A stretch of DNA of 63,441 nucleotides, filler included, from Ministeria vibrans ATCC 50519 (GCA_943704425.1; 8 parts of 8 records of this genome joined end to end with filler, not necessarily neighbours in it); one strand, 5' to 3'. Positions 17,108 through 30,960 are shown, counted from the whole stretch's first letter. A program made the numbers and translations. Notes: generated from the sequence alone by a model not told the origin.

Positions 17108-19510
17108 TTAAGATTGGGCAGCGGTGGCAAGGGAAGCCTACAAGAGATGAAAAAAGGAGAAAGCAAAAGAGTTTTTCTTCAATGAGTCTGTTCTGTTGCG
17201 AGAGTTTTTTTTTTTTTTTTGTTACTTGTGCCTCAACAAGACGTTGTACCGTCTCCTCGAGAGTGCGTCGACGCTGCGACTCCTCTGCCAACGACCATCC
17301 CAACTACACAAACAAGAGACGTAAACACGTTCACACTATCTCTCTGTGTATGTATCTCTCTCTGTATGGCAACGTACTCGCGACACTTGAGAGCTGAGGA
17401 CACGAACATAGGCCTCGAGACGACGAGCGCGAATTTCATGACGCACCTGAATGACGGCGGGATCAAACGCACGCGCAGCATACCCACGCCACGCAGACTG
17501 AATTCGCACACACGCGTTCCAGTATCGAAGAAACGTCTGCGTTAAAAAACAAAAAAAAAGTGTTTCCTCTTGTGCACACTCGAATTTTAATGGAACTTAT
17601 ACCTTCCAACGTTGACGAGCGCGAAACCCTCTCCAGAGAGTCTGGATTCGAAGGGCAGCGCGATGGCGGAGAATATGAATAGATGCGGAGGAAGACGAAG
17701 ACAAAGAAGAAGAAGTCTTGTGTTGGGTATGGTGGTGGACGGACTCATGAGCGTGATGGCGCAAAGGCGAGAGAGCAGAGGAGGAGGACGCTGGCAAACT
17801 GTCCTGGTCGGCTGTGGCAAGAGCTGCTTCGAGAGAGCGTCGCACTCCGACACGCGCTCCTACTGCACGTGTTGGACTGCTACTACTGTTGGTACTGACG
17901 TGGCTCGAGCTGTCCTTGACAATACTGCTTGACTGTGGTGGTGGTGGTGACACAGGCGCCTCCATCATCATTTCAAGCTCCATGGCGCGCTCATAGGTCA
18001 TGCGCACTTCACGCTCCTCTGTGTCGTGCTCTACTCTCATATCACCGCTCTCGTCATCCTCCACCGACTCCACCAGCACCTTTAGTTGCTCAACTGGCTC
18101 ACTCCCTCTCGAGCATTGCTTATTCAAATAGGCTACCAGTTGGCTGTGTTGTCCGCTTCCAAATGACTCAGCACCCGAGAACAACGCGCGAGCTTCCGAT
18201 CTATAAAAAGTGTATACGATCTAATAATTATACATTTCCCCATTACTTCCTATTGCCGTACCGGTCTTGAAGGGTAACGGCTTGGTCGTCGAGCTCGCGT
18301 AGAGTTGGACAGCAACACACTACGTAGGGTCGGTAGTTGAAGGTTTTGGTCCCGGTGTGCTCGGCCATCTCGAGACACGGATTGCCCGCGAGCGAGAGAC
18401 GCTCAAGTGATGTGAGAAACGATAGAAAGGATGCTTCGTGGAGGTCGTCGATGTCGTTGTCGCTGATGACGAGGGTTGTCAGAGACGAGGGGAGCACGCG
18501 GGGCACACTCAGAAGACGCCGGATGTTGTTTTTCCGTAAGAACAGAGTCTATCAAAATGAAAGTGCACAGACGCGAATAAAGAGCGTATTAATTTACAAC
18601 AACACATTATTTTGCGTCAAATGAGACCGCAAGAGCATTTAGGTTATGAAATATAATAATAACAATAAATTATTATTATTATTATCATCATTATTATTAT
18701 AAAAATTATCTTATGAGTATCTCTATTAATTCTTGTCTTATATTATCAAGAAGACGTGACATTTTAAACCACACTGCTTATGTCCAACGAATGCGTACAA
18801 AACAACGTTTCGTCAAAGAGAATAGTTCTAGCATGCATAATTTTGTACCTTGAGGCGGAAGAGCATCGAGAGGTTTGGTAAGTCCACAATGTGATTGTCG
18901 GAGAAGTCAAGGTATCGCAACATAACATTGGCCTCGAGGCTACCGACACTCGCCAGACGGTTGCCGCTGGCGTCGAGCCAGTCAAGCTGTTCAAGGGCCT
19001 CGATTCCACGCAAGTTTGTGAGTCTATGAATAATCAAAAGTGAAGTGAAAAGTACTTTTGTGAGTTCCAACACAATAATGATAACGGTTTTTTTTATGAA
19101 CTTCTGTTTTCTCTGCGCACCTGTTGTTTCTCACGTCCAGATGACGAATGGTGACGAGAGTATGAATGCCGCGAAGGGACGTGAGGTGGTTGTAGTTGAT
19201 AGAGAGCTAGGAAAGAAGCGAGGGGTCAGAGGGAGAAGTGCGTAGGGAATGGTTTGATCTGAAGTGCCTGTTCCACAGCCGTTGCGCGCCCTAATCCTTC
19301 GCACGACTCGAGTTTGTTATAGTCTAGTTTCAGGCGACGGACGTCGTGCGCGTGTTCAGGCAGTTGGATCGCGCTCAGACCGAGACCTAACACCAAACGG
19401 GGTTTCAAAAGTGCGCGCGCGAAAGAGCCGCCGGAAAGTGACGTCGTTCGCCTACCGTGCCAGTCAAGAACCGACGGAGATTCTGAGGTGTTCAGCGGTG
19501 TGTCAACCAT
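17108..19510 (-). CDS. CEP97: Centrosomal protein CEP97-like (LRRs, LRRcap, IQ motif, coiled coil)
   Basis: LRR exons, LSLAGNPC...FNYRPYVVCCCPTLRELDDQAV, IQ motif AALRIQTLWRGFRARQ, then VRHEIRARRLEAYV coiled coil as in CEP97. Confidence 0.8.
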
Positions 19511-19862
19511 ATCGATATATGAAGATTATTGATATAATATTTATATAATAAAAATATAATTAATAGAGAATCGCTCTAATAACTCATGAGATTTTTCTGA
19601 ATATCTGAAGAAGCCATTATTCATTAACTTGAAATTTCATTTATCCGTATTAATTCTCATTTCTCTCTGATTAAAGAAAAGTAATATAACAAAAAAGAGT
19701 AATAGCCAATACATTAATCATTATACATTTGCTAATTGGTAAAAATTGATTGGAGATGTACTAAAAAAAAAAAAAAAAAAAAAAAAAGACGGGTGTTTGT
19801 TTTTTTTTTAAAAAAAACAACCCCAAAAGAAAAGGGAACAGAGAAATAAGATCGAGAGTTAC

Positions 19863-22800
19863 CTTGAGAGACTGGTAGTCAGAGAGAGCGCGATCGTAGT
19901 CCCAGGCATTGTTCTCAAGGCAGATGCGGGACCAGGGTGAAGACATGCCCGTCGCGAGGGAAAGACGCTGCATGGCAGCCTCCTGCTGTGCGTTACCCAC
20001 AGGAGCTGAGAATGAAAAATGAAAATAAACCCGTTAAAGAGAGAGAGAAAGAGAGAGGGGAGGGAGGGAGAAAGAAAAAATAAAGAGAGAGGAGGGAGAA
20101 AGAAACAAAGTGATAGAGAGAGGAACACGGTGATAGAGAGAAAGAAACAAAGTGATAGAGAGAGGAACAAAGTGATAGAGGGAGGAACACGAGAAAGAAA
20201 CAAAGTGATAGAGAGAGGAACAAAGTGATAGAGAGAGGAACACGAGAAAAAACAAAGTGATAGAGAGAGGAACAAAGTGATAGAGAGAGTGATAGAGCGA
20301 AAGAAACAAAGTGATAGAGAGAGGAATAAAGTGATAAAAAGAGTGATACAAACAAAGATGGGATAAATTAATGGTACAAACGAAGGATAAAAACAAAGTG
20401 ATAGAAATAAAATCAAGTGTGTGAGTGTGTGATTGCGTACCAGCTGCGCCTGCTGCTGCAGATCCAGTCGTAACAGAAGAAGTAGTTGTGGTGGTGGAGG
20501 TGGCAGCAGCAGCTGTACTGCCTAGAGATGTTCCAGTGTGGTTCGTCACAGTCAACTAGAGCAAAAAAAAAAAAAAAAAGTCGGTTAACCCTCCCCCCGC
20601 AAACAGATGTTGAAGTTCAGTGCATGTTTACCTGATCATTCACAATAACGGCGGGCCATCCGTTGACGGCAGACTCGGACGATGCCGCAGACGGCACAAG
20701 GATCCACGTGCGACTGAACGAACGTCGCACGGGATATCGACTCGCTACAAACCCCAAAGAGCGGTACACAGAGTCAAAATATAAGACGTGGGAAAAAAAA
20801 TCAATTCACCTGAAGTGCCTTGCTGAACAACTTCCTCAAAGTGGCCATGAAGACACACGCAGAGCATGTCGGAGGCGCAGAGGAACGCATCCACGACCAG
20901 ACCAGCGGGCGACGAGTCGTGCTTAGTCGCCGGAAGAGACCCAAGAGCACTCATAATGGCATCTTGGCCAATTGCAAGCAGCGCCATCCGTCGGTCCAAC
21001 TGTGACACCTGTCAAAGAAAGTCAAAAAAAGAGAAAAAAAAATCAGTGATATTTCATATAAACTGCAAGTGTGTGCGTGCATGTGTGAGGGAGTGGCCAC
21101 AACACAGAGGAAGTGAGTCAGCAAATCAATGTGTCTCTGTATATATATATATATATATGGCTTGGTGTGTCTCACCCTAAGGGTGTTTCTGCTCATGGCC
21201 ATGTACGCGTCCATGCGCTTAGGCGGCCCGCCCCCTCCGGCGTGTCGCACACGTCCCCGTCCTCCGTCGCCACTGCCCCCCACGGAAAACGTGTTGGCAC
21301 TCGCACTGAACATCGACGTCGCTCCATACGCAAATACCAAATTCGCGCGCTCTTGACTGTGAAACAAGGCAATAATAATTAATCATGGTCGTTGCATCAC
21401 TCACTCGCAGTTTGTGTTACATTCCACCGTAGGCATCCGAGTCAAAAAGAGAGAAGTACCGACTAACCATGGTCGTTACAATGTCCATAAGTGATGGGTC
21501 AATCGACGAGCCAAGCACCGTCGGAAGAACAACCTAACATAGATATAAAAAAAAAATTCAAAGAAAACAAAACAATGATTATAAGAGATGTTAGGCAGAG
21601 TGACAAAAACAATTCAATTCACTTACTCCTTCCCCTGAAGACTCATCAGGAAGATCAAATTTGACAGGCGGCGGAAGAGCAACTCCATCAATGGTCTACA
21701 ACATAAGATACAATAATAAGTATACACCATCAAAAAAATCTCACACACTGTAGTCAAACACACTTACAGCTGCTGAAGAAAAGCGCTTTCTGATCTCACG
21801 AAAAGACGTGGCAGTGTCCGTGACAGCCGACCAGAACGGATTGTTTGCCAGATACAGTACAGACACATTGCTAAGGCCCTAACACACACACACACACACA
21901 CACACACATATGCAAAAAAAAATATTAATAATATTACGTTTTCATTCTTTGATGTCTCATTTTTGCCTTACTCTCAGTGGATCAAGATCACGGAACATCT
22001 TGAGGTCATTTGATTCAAGCGAGAGGGTCTCGAGCGCAGGCACAACGGGCACAATGTTGCCCCAGTCGCGTAGAGATGTCAGCTGGTTGCCCGAGAGCGA
22101 TAGACCGCGCACACTCGGTCCCATGCCACTGCTCTGGATCAAGTGACACAGTTTGTTCACCGTAGTGCGGTTGCGCACGTCGATGCGCACGTCGGCCGGT
22201 TGCATGGCGGCCACGTTGGACAGATCCAGAGTGCCCGTTTGCGCGTCAAAGCGGCTCTGAAGGTACGCCATCATCGCTGCCTCGTAACGTTGCATTCCAC
22301 CATCACCGCCCGATCGTGAACCAGAGCCCGACGCCGATGTTTCTGCTTTACCGCCACCACCACTGCTGCTGCTGCTTCCGCCACCGCGACCTTTTGAGCC
22401 ACGGTGATGCATTTTGAGTTGCAGAACGGCGCCTTGGAAGGCGATACCGGAGAGCCGCTCGAGGGCAATTCCGGAGCGCTGCGAGTCTACCTCGAGCGTA
22501 CCAATGGCACCTGCAATCGAGAGAGTTCCTGCACGAAACGGCTCGGGACAGTTTTGCTGCAGAAATGCAATGAGGTCCTGCTTTTTCATGGACCGTCGAA
22601 TGCCACTGATTGTCACACGCACTGATCCACCGCCAAGCGACGCCGATCCTCCCCCAGGCACGACCGTCGTCACACTGGCACCACCGCCGCGCCGAGACGA
22701 CCCTCCGCCTCCAGACCGGCTAGTGCTGTCCACCATCATACTGTCACCGTCTCGCGACGGTCTGCCATAAGGCGTCGACGTTGCTCGCCTTCTACTGCCG

Positions 22801-23136
22801 CTGCTGCTGCCCCTCCCGCCGTCGCTCCCGCCCATACTCACGTCTCCTTCGCTGTCTCCATGTGTGGCCCCGCGACCTTGGCATCGGCAAAGTATCAGAC
22901 ATCGTTTGACACTTTTGTACTGTTGCTCTTTTGATTCTTTTTTTTTTTTTTTTTCTTTCTTAATCTCTCAGCTCCTTCACACCTCTGCCTCTGGACCGGC
23001 CTCTGGACGATCCACCAGTGGACCCACCCCGCCAGCTCCCCGCTGGGAATCCGCTGGCGCTGTTGCCGCCACTGCCAAAGCTGTCAAATCCACCGCCACT
23101 CGTTGATCCGCCGCGCCCTTTACGCCGTGACGACAT
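19863..23136 (-). CDS. NXF1: Nuclear RNA export factor NXF1/Mex67 (last short exon not resolved)
   Basis: RG-rich N-terminus, RRM-like region, LRR (LDLSN...LSLSGNQL...LSLESN), NTF2-like domain (LPATKHD...RSFSRTWILVP...IVNDQ) and TAP-C (TGMSSPWSRICLENNAWDYDRA). Confidence 0.9.
20095..20410. repeat. AACAAAGTGATAGAGAG minisatellite array in an NXF1 intron
   Basis: More than 10 imperfect tandem units. Confidence 0.9.
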
Positions 23137-23461
23137 CTCTACTGCACTGTGCAAGTCAGTAGGATTCTCGTAAAAAGAGAGAAATATTTATGAATAGAGT
23201 ATAGACTAACGAGTTGACTAAAACTTGAAAGTGAGCGTAGTTTAGACTTTCAAGTTTCAACAACACTTTTTGTTCTCTGCTTCTCCTAAGGTTCAACGCT
23301 TCCCATCAATCATTCTCCGTCTAACCATCAACCACTTCATTCTCCTCTATACAACTTCTCTCCCTCTAGAGTCGCTGTTGGGCACTTTTTCTCATATTTT
23401 TCTTTGTCTTTTTTTTTTTTCGCTCTGCATCTCTTTTTTTTCTCGTTTTTGTCTGTTGCAA

Positions 23462-26400
23462 ATGCCGCGAAAGAGCAAAAGCGACGCTGTGGACAGCTCG
23501 CTGGGCAGCCTTGGGCCCGTGGCACTGTCCAAAGGCGACGATGACGACGGCGCGCCCTCCTTCTACTACGCAGGCGCTCTGACAGACCCGGAAAGCGGTC
23601 AATCGTACAGCCAGCCAAATGTAATCTCTGGAGACTCTCGCAGCGCCGCTGCACTCGACCCACACGCCTACACGCGCCCCCTGACGCTCCCCACCAGCCG
23701 CGCCCCGGCCCCCCCGCGCCCCACGGCCTCTGCGCCCCACGACAAGCCGCAGCAGCCGCCGCTGCGCACTGCGGCCGCCGAGAGCGCTCGCGTGCCCGAC
23801 GACTACGAATACAACGTCCTCTCGTCCACTGCCACCGTCTTGCACGACCCACACCGTCCCGCTGCGCTTTCCGTCAATAACTCGGCCAATCAATTTGCTG
23901 ACTCTAAACCGTTTGCTCTGCAACTCACAAATTCTCGCAACACTCCCGCCGCGACCAACCAGGCCATCGCCGCTCCTCGCTCTGGTCCCGTCGCCCCCGT
24001 CAAGCTGCCTAGTGCCCCGGTCCCGCTTGCGCGCCAACTGGAGACGTCGCCAACGCCTCAAATGAAAATTCAAATGGAGACACAGCCTCCCCTTCACCAT
24101 CCCTCCAACACCGCCTCCTACAACCCCTCTTCGCAACAACAACCACAGCAACAGCAGCCACAGCAGTCTGCACGACACCACATCCAGTTGCAGGCAGCCG
24201 CTTCGTCCTCCCTCGACGACGACGTCCGCTCACGGCCGTCGGACATGCTACTCAGCGAGAGTCCCCTCTCGGAAAAGTCCTCGTCGTCGTCGGCGCTGCA
24301 ACTCCCACCCGGCTGGGAGGAGGCCTACGACCAGGCGACAGGCAACATCTACTACATTGATCACATCAATAAGGAGACGCATTGGACCCTGCCCGACGAC
24401 CCTGCCCACGATCAGGACGCGTCAAGCTCGGCACGACGGCTCTCAGGCTACTCCGACGTCTCATCGCTTAGTTTCTCTGAGGACCTTGTGCGTGTCACCG
24501 ATGGCAACGTCAGCTCGAGCGCCGAGGGTGCGGGCGGCTACAGCTCCACACGTTCCACCGGTTCCAATACGTCGCGTCGCAAGATGCCCCTGCCCTACGG
24601 CTGGGAGCAGGCCTACGACGAACACGTGCGTCGCTGGTACTTTGTCGACCACAGCACCCAGTCAACGACGTGGGTGGACCCGCGCGACAAGTACACCAAG
24701 CCGCTTACGTTTGCCGAGTGCGTTGGCGACGAGCTTCCCTACGGCTGGGAGATTCGTCAAGACTCAGGCATCGGTCGCTACTTTATTGACCATAACACGC
24801 GCACGACGCAGCTCGAGGACCCACGCGAGACCTGGTACCTGCGCCAACAGTCGATGCTCAAGGACTTCTTGCAGGTGGCACAGGACAACCTTGACCGCAA
24901 GCAGGAGGCACTCGCGACCAAACGAGCGCAGCTCAACGATGCCCAAGCAAAGATCCGCCTGCTCGACAAGCAACTGAAGAACCCACGCCTGACACCAGCC
25001 GCACGCGAGGACGTCATCATGAAGGTGAAGGGCTCGATGAAGCACATTGACAAGCTCAAGCTTGAGATGCAACGCCTCGAAGAGTCGGTGCAGTACGAGA
25101 GCGAGGGTGTCGGTATTCTTGCGGAAGTCGAGCAGCGCATTGGCGACAATCCGCTGCTTTCGGTGGAGCAGGCACGCGACGCAATGCGCGATTTGCAGGC
25201 AATGCGCGAGCAACTCCAACAGCAAAACGACGAAAAGACGGAGCTGCGGCGTAAACTCGATGAGCTCCAAGTCGAGGCGGACAATAGCCGCGCCAAAATT
25301 GACGAGCACTACGAGTACAGCGAACGTGAAAAGACCAAGCTCAAGCACGAGATTGTGCGCTGGCTCGCCGAGAATGTTGTCGACTTTGAGGACCTCAACG
25401 ACGCTCTTTCGGCCAAGATGGACGATCAGCTGCAGGGAGACTCGTTCAACGTTGGCCACACCATGGCGTACGACCTCGAGGGTCTCGCCGAAAGCCTCGT
25501 CGAAGTGTTGCCGGCGCTCAGCCGCATCGAGGCAACCATCAACATGCACGAGGAGGAGAAGGAGCGTCTGCAACAGGAGCTGGAGGATCTCGACGACAAC
25601 TACATTCTCAAGGAGCGTGTCGAGGAGCTGCTGCACATCCACGACAAGGAGCGTCGCGAATTCCAGCGCCTTCTTGCCGAGGTGAGCTCAACAGCCACCG
25701 ACAACAGCGACTTGCAGAGCGTGCTCGAGCAACACGAGCTTGTCGAGCAGATTCTCAAGCGCGAACTCGAGGCGGTCGAGGAGAACTACATCTCCAAGGA
25801 CCACTTCCAGGCGATTGTGCAGCGTCAGGAGCAAGAAAAGGAGCAGCTGCGCAAGGAGCTTGTCGAGGTGAAGCGTCGTCTGTTGGCAAACCCACCGATT
25901 GCGGTGGCCACGCAGGACGCCAGCGCAACCGATCAGTCCTCCAAGACTGTGTCACGACCGCCCGTCACGAAAAAGCTCGTGCGCATCGATGCGCCTCCGC
26001 TCCTCTCCGAAATGAGCGATCTCAGTGACGCACCCACCTCGGGCGTCACGGCGAGTCGCCGGGCGGGTCGCAAGTCGGGCGCCACCTCGGACGCCGATGG
26101 GCCCCCGCGACTGACTGCGACCGAGTGGAGCGACAGCGACGGAGGTGCGGCCCTACAACGACCAGGTGTAAGCGGCGGTGCTACTGCCGGCAACGGCTCG
26201 GAGGGCGAGTACGCGGCGGTTCCTCGACGCACTTCGATTGCCTCAGACGCCGCCAGCTACAACAGTGACTTGGACAGCAGTGTCTCGAGGCAGTCGAGTG
26301 GCGGAGTGTCGCGCAAGCAAACCGGCTATTATTCGCGAGAGTCACCGCGTCGCTTCGACAGCGACGATGACGATGAGGACGACAAGAGCCGCAATGGCGC

Positions 26401-27804
26401 TGATGGAGTCGACGACTACACGACCAAGGGCAAGTCGGTGCCGCGTTCATTGACACGGGGCAGCCGTCATCGTCGCCAGTACCTGTCGACCGACGACGAC
26501 GCCAGCGAGGTGGGCGGCGGTGGTGCCAAAGAGGAGGAGTCCTCGATGCGCATCAACCAAATTCTGGCGACGCTCGAGGGCATGAAGCGAAACAACGAGA
26601 ATGCCAAGAAGGCGTCGGTGAAGCGACAGTCAAGTGGACCCGCGCTCAAGGCGGTTGCAAGTGTCGAGTCGTTGGACGGCACGCGTTCGCCCGGACGCGC
26701 CAACAAGTATTCCCTTAGCCCTCGTCTCAAGGACGATTTTTCTGATACCAAGAGTTTGCCTGCGGGCCATGCTGGTGGCGACGGCTTCAGCGATGCGGGC
26801 TCGGTCAAGAGCACGAGCACGGTGACACGTGCCGAAACAGCCTCGGCAAGTGGTGTTGAGCACAGCAGTGTCGTGAGTGTGCCCCACCGACGTGCATCGA
26901 CATCGCAGATCAGTGGCAACAAGAACAGCAACAACGCGTCGTCGAGCACAGGTGCTCCCGCAAGCTCGGCGGCCACCGGTGCAGGCGACGGCACGGCCAA
27001 TGCTGATCACGATTTCCGCAGTGTTCCATCCTTTCGATCGACTACCGACAGCATTGGTACGCGACTTGATGTGGAGCTTGAGCTGGCGGCAACACGTCGC
27101 GAGTACATGATGCGCGAACAGGAGCTGAATCGACTGCGCGAAGCGACCCGTCGCTACGAACGCGAGCGCCTTGTTCCTTACCCCATGCCGAGCACTCCCG
27201 ACTTTGACTCGGTCTCTCGTGGCTCCTCAAAGTCGCAGGGTTCCGTGAAGTCACGTTCTCGCGTGCCCGCAATCAACCTGACCAGCCAGGCGGGTCAACA
27301 GCAGGATATCAACGTCCAATACCAACCGATGAAAGCGCCTCGTGTTGCCCCTCGACCTCGATCGGTCACTCTCAACGAGATCCGACGACGCGCCTACCCA
27401 GACCGCAATGCCGACGAGATTCTTGCCGACCCTCAAATCAAGACGGCGCTCGAAATTGGCGACGTAAGCATATCAAAAACATAAAAAAAATTATTATGAA
27501 TATTAATTAATAATAATAATAATAATAATAATTTTTTTTTTCTTATTTTTTTGTTGTAATGGTCTTGTAGAACGCCGAGTTGGCGCATGACCGTAACAAA
27601 TGGCGACGCATGTCAATCAAGAAGATCATTTCTATTCGACAAAAGCAGCGCAAAAAGTCGGATCGCATGACGTTTACCGAGAAAATGGCGTACTTCACAA
27701 CGGCGCGCTTTGACGTGGGCTCGTCCGAAAGCGAAGACGATGATGACGGCGACGATGGCACTGCCTCGCAAAGCCAGAGTCAGGCATCTTCGTCGTGGTT
27801 TTAA
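23462..27804 (+). CDS. WWC1: KIBRA/WWC-family Hippo pathway scaffold
   Basis: Tandem WW pair with the KIBRA linker WVDPRDKYTKPLTFAECVGDELPYGWE...QLEDPR...MLKDFLQVAQ, coiled coils, C-terminal RLDVELELAATR and MTFTEKMAYFT. One intron at ~27464-27570. Confidence 0.92.
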
Positions 27805-27890
27805 CAATGAGACCCGATTACAGAGAGAGACAAGAGTGCGGAAAAATATGACAATAATTAATTTTATTAATAGTTTAATAATAAAAAAAA

Positions 27891-27927
<37 letters not shown>

Positions 27928-28718
27928 AACACGCAAGTCTGACGGGCCTCCGTGACAGACGTGAGTGAGTGAGTGAGTCCGTGTGCAACTGTCATGTTCA
28001 AAGTTGCCGAGTGCAACGTTAGTTAATAGTTACGTGACAAGCATCATTGCAGTCTCTTTATGCCCAGGTCCCTCATACGCCAGTGCTCAGTGCTGTGTAC
28101 GCGCCACCAACCTGTATACTCTATACAGTAATAACAGTATACTCACTCTAGTCTCTATACACTATAGGCTTGGTGTAGAGTCTACAGACTCACTCACTCT
28201 ATTGCAGACTGTCCTTTCCAAATCGAATTCAAAGATCCAATTCGAATTTCGAAATTGAAATTCTATATTAACTAATAACTTAACTTAAATTTTTTATTAT
28301 TTATTATTTTACTCATGTCTACCCTTCCGACCTTACATCTGGAACCTTTTCCACACCAGGTATCATCACCTGCCTGGAGAGCGATGAACTGTTGTCACTT
28401 TTTGCTATTTTTTTGAACTTGTCAACTTCTAATTTACTCCTCTGCGCTCCCTTTCGCCCCACCTCTCCCCTGCCGTCCAACGTCGCCAGTGTTGAATGCT
28501 CCATCAGCACCCTTGTCGCAGCTGTCCCTTCTCCTATTTCCTGAGTGTCGCAAACCCTTTTCCAAACATCGCAAAGCCCTTTTTCTCTTCCCCCAGACCT
28601 CCGATCCGCTACCTTTGCAGACCCCCGTCTACGACACCCAAATACGCGTCGGACCACGGACGAATGGGTGCAAATGGCGCCTTTCATCGCCGCAAACCAA
28701 TTCAACCGAGAAAAAAAA

Positions 28719-28818
28719 NNNNNNNNNNNNNNNNNNNNNNNNNNNNNNNNNNNNNNNNNNNNTTAATTAATTAANNNNNNNNNNNNNNNNNNNNNNNNNN
28801 NNNNNNNNNNNNNNNNNN
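28719..28818. other. Artificial contig-joining linker N-TTAATTAATTAA-N (also 51475-51574, 53090-53189, 54969-55068, 57013-57112, 60129-60228, 61797-61896)
   Basis: Identical 100-bp spacer with stops in all six frames, repeated seven times. Confidence 0.97.
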
Positions 28819-28934
28819 TCCTTCTCCAGTCGGTCTTTCGGTGAGTTAAATCATTCTTGTCATTTTATTATTATAATTATTTTAACTATTATTAGTGTTA
28901 AGACGTTTTTGATTTGATATTAATTAATTGATTA

Positions 28935-29125
28935 TTATTTTGATATCATTATTATTGCTGTGCACAAATTAAGTGTCACATAATAATTTTTGATTTGATT
29001 ATTATAATTATTTTGATAGTATTATTATTGTTGTGCACAAGTTAAGTGTCACATATTATTTTTGATTTCATTATTATATTTTGATAATATTATATTGCTG
29101 TGCACAAGTGAAGTGTCACATTATT
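28935..29125. repeat. Three ~70-bp tandem units with core TGTGCACAA-T-AAGTGTCACAT
   Basis: Cores start at ~28959, ~29032 and ~29099, separated by similar AT-rich sequence. Confidence 0.85.
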
Positions 29126-29202
29126 TATTGACAATGCAATGATTCAAATTTATTCTTATTATTATCATTATTATTATTCTTATTCATGCCGTTTTAATTT
29201 TA

Positions 29203-30113
29203 GGTCGACTCTCCTTCTCTATTTTGCCGATGAGACAACGCGCGACATGTGGGAGAGCTACCTCACGGAGGGTGATGCGGCAAACTCGCTGACTCAGTGG
29301 CCAACTGAGAGGCCTGGGTCGGGCGTGCAGGTTGCCGCAGCTGCAGGTACTGAGAAAATTTACATTGTTATCTTTCTTATCATTATTTTGTTTTCTTTTT
29401 TCGGTTTTGAAGAGCCAAAACGTGAACTGCCACCGACCGTGACCTCCCGCGCCCCAAAGCCAGTGGTGTCAACCAAGATGAACGAATACGCACGCCAGCG
29501 AGTTCCCACGCCAATTCCGAAGCTCTACACCTCCGCTCCTGTCGAATGCAGGTGCGGCGCTTCGGAGGACTACTCGGAAATTAGTGCAGCGGCTCAACTT
29601 GCTGCAGTGCGCCAGGCGCGCAGTCTCATCGAGGCACGCGGACGAGCCGCAACTACAGCGCTCACCCCCAAATTTCAATTTATTGAGAAAGGATGTCAGT
29701 CATCTGCAGCCATTTCAGAGGTTTCAGAGACATCCTCCGTTGACCTTGCCATTGCCAATGCAGCACTTGCATGCCGCAGCTCGCGCTGCTTTGTCGACGA
29801 AAAGCCCGCCAGTACGCACTCCAGCCCCGCTGTGTCACGACAGTCCAGCCTGCGGAGCGTGCACGCACCGGCGTCGCGTCATGGCTCTCGGCTGTCGCGC
29901 AAGGGTGGCTCGCAACGTGGACTGGGTCACACCGGCTCGCTGCGCTCCGTCGGCTCTTTCCATCGCACACGCAATGGTAACCCGACCGTGCGACAAGACT
30001 GCGCGACCAAGCTGGTTAGCACAACCACCCTACTTAACAGTGCTGCCGATGGCATTGAGGGAGCCTTTTCTAACTTGCTGCGACTGCCTAGTAACACTTC
30101 GTTTGAAGTGTGA
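29203..30113 (+). CDS. 3' fragment of a gene, possibly the end of a PH domain followed by a low-complexity tail
   Basis: After an acceptor AG, TLLLYFADETTRDMWESYL resembles the last strand and helix of a PH domain. The 5' part is cut by the contig edge. Confidence 0.45.
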
Positions 30114-30666
30114 AAAAAATCAAAATCATTGCTTTCTTTCATGTTTCTACTCCTTCATTTTTTCAACTCATTACAATTATTTTACTAGTAAACTTCATTC
30201 ATCTATTATAATTATCAATCATGACCATTGGTTTTGTTTTTTCATTTCTTTCGCATCAACTTCCCTCAGAAGTATTAAAGAAGTGTGGTTACAAAATTAA
30301 TCAATATAAAAAATATTATATTAATAATTTATTAATAAAATTATGTTATGGTGCTGATCATGACACGAACTAATTATTGGTACTTTCAATGATTTATTTA
30401 TTCTATTATGTATTCTTCTTCTTCTATTTATTCTATTAATTTGGATTATACTTTCGTTATACCCCGGCTGGCTCAGCCAGACACGTGAACGTAGCCGCAG
30501 CGGACAAAGACCAGGGTATACGTACCCGTATGCGCGCCATCTGCAGAACAAATGTACGAGGTAATATAAGACAAACTGATAAAAACACGTGCACATCTAA
30601 CTCCGACACATATATCATTAATTGGCTCTGCATGCACACAGTAACAGTAATAATTTTGATTGGGTT

Positions 30667-30960
30667 CAGTCACCACGTACGCAAAAAGACAGCCTACTGC
30701 ACTTGACCGTCTTGAAAACTCAACCAAAACTCTATGGGTAACATGGGAGATGACAGCTGAAGGTCAGAGTGGAGTCAGAGTGATGTGTCCTTGCTATTCA
30801 TATGCATGATCAGATGCAAGTACGCCATATATACCCTCAGCTAGTGGGGGCTAGCGCTTAGGGGAAGCTTAGGGATATAGTGACACCATGAAAGTGTCTG
30901 TTGGCAAGGTCAAGTGCAAAGTCGAAGTCGTACAGGTTGAAGCAATCGGGTGATCAGTGG
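30667..30960. repeat. Dispersed degenerate repeat, copy A
   Basis: CAGTCACCACG...AACTCAACCAAAACTCTATGGGTAACATGGGAGA aligns with the 32298 copy. The right part resembles 14035-14120. Confidence 0.75.

Noticed and set aside
20005-20441. Possible equivalent of the animal NXF1 retained intron containing a CTE
   Set aside because: This intron lies after the NTF2-like domain and consists of the generic minisatellite; no CTE-like hairpin is seen.
19859-20555. Hydrophobic repetitive ORFs (SITLFLSLSL...)
   Set aside because: Translation of the intronic minisatellite inside NXF1.
28935-29125. CRISPR-like look of a palindromic repeat with spacers
   Set aside because: Only three units, the spacers resemble each other, the context is a eukaryotic intron and there are no cas genes.
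30856-30875. Two TTAGGG hexamers
   Set aside because: Not tandem; compatible with chance.
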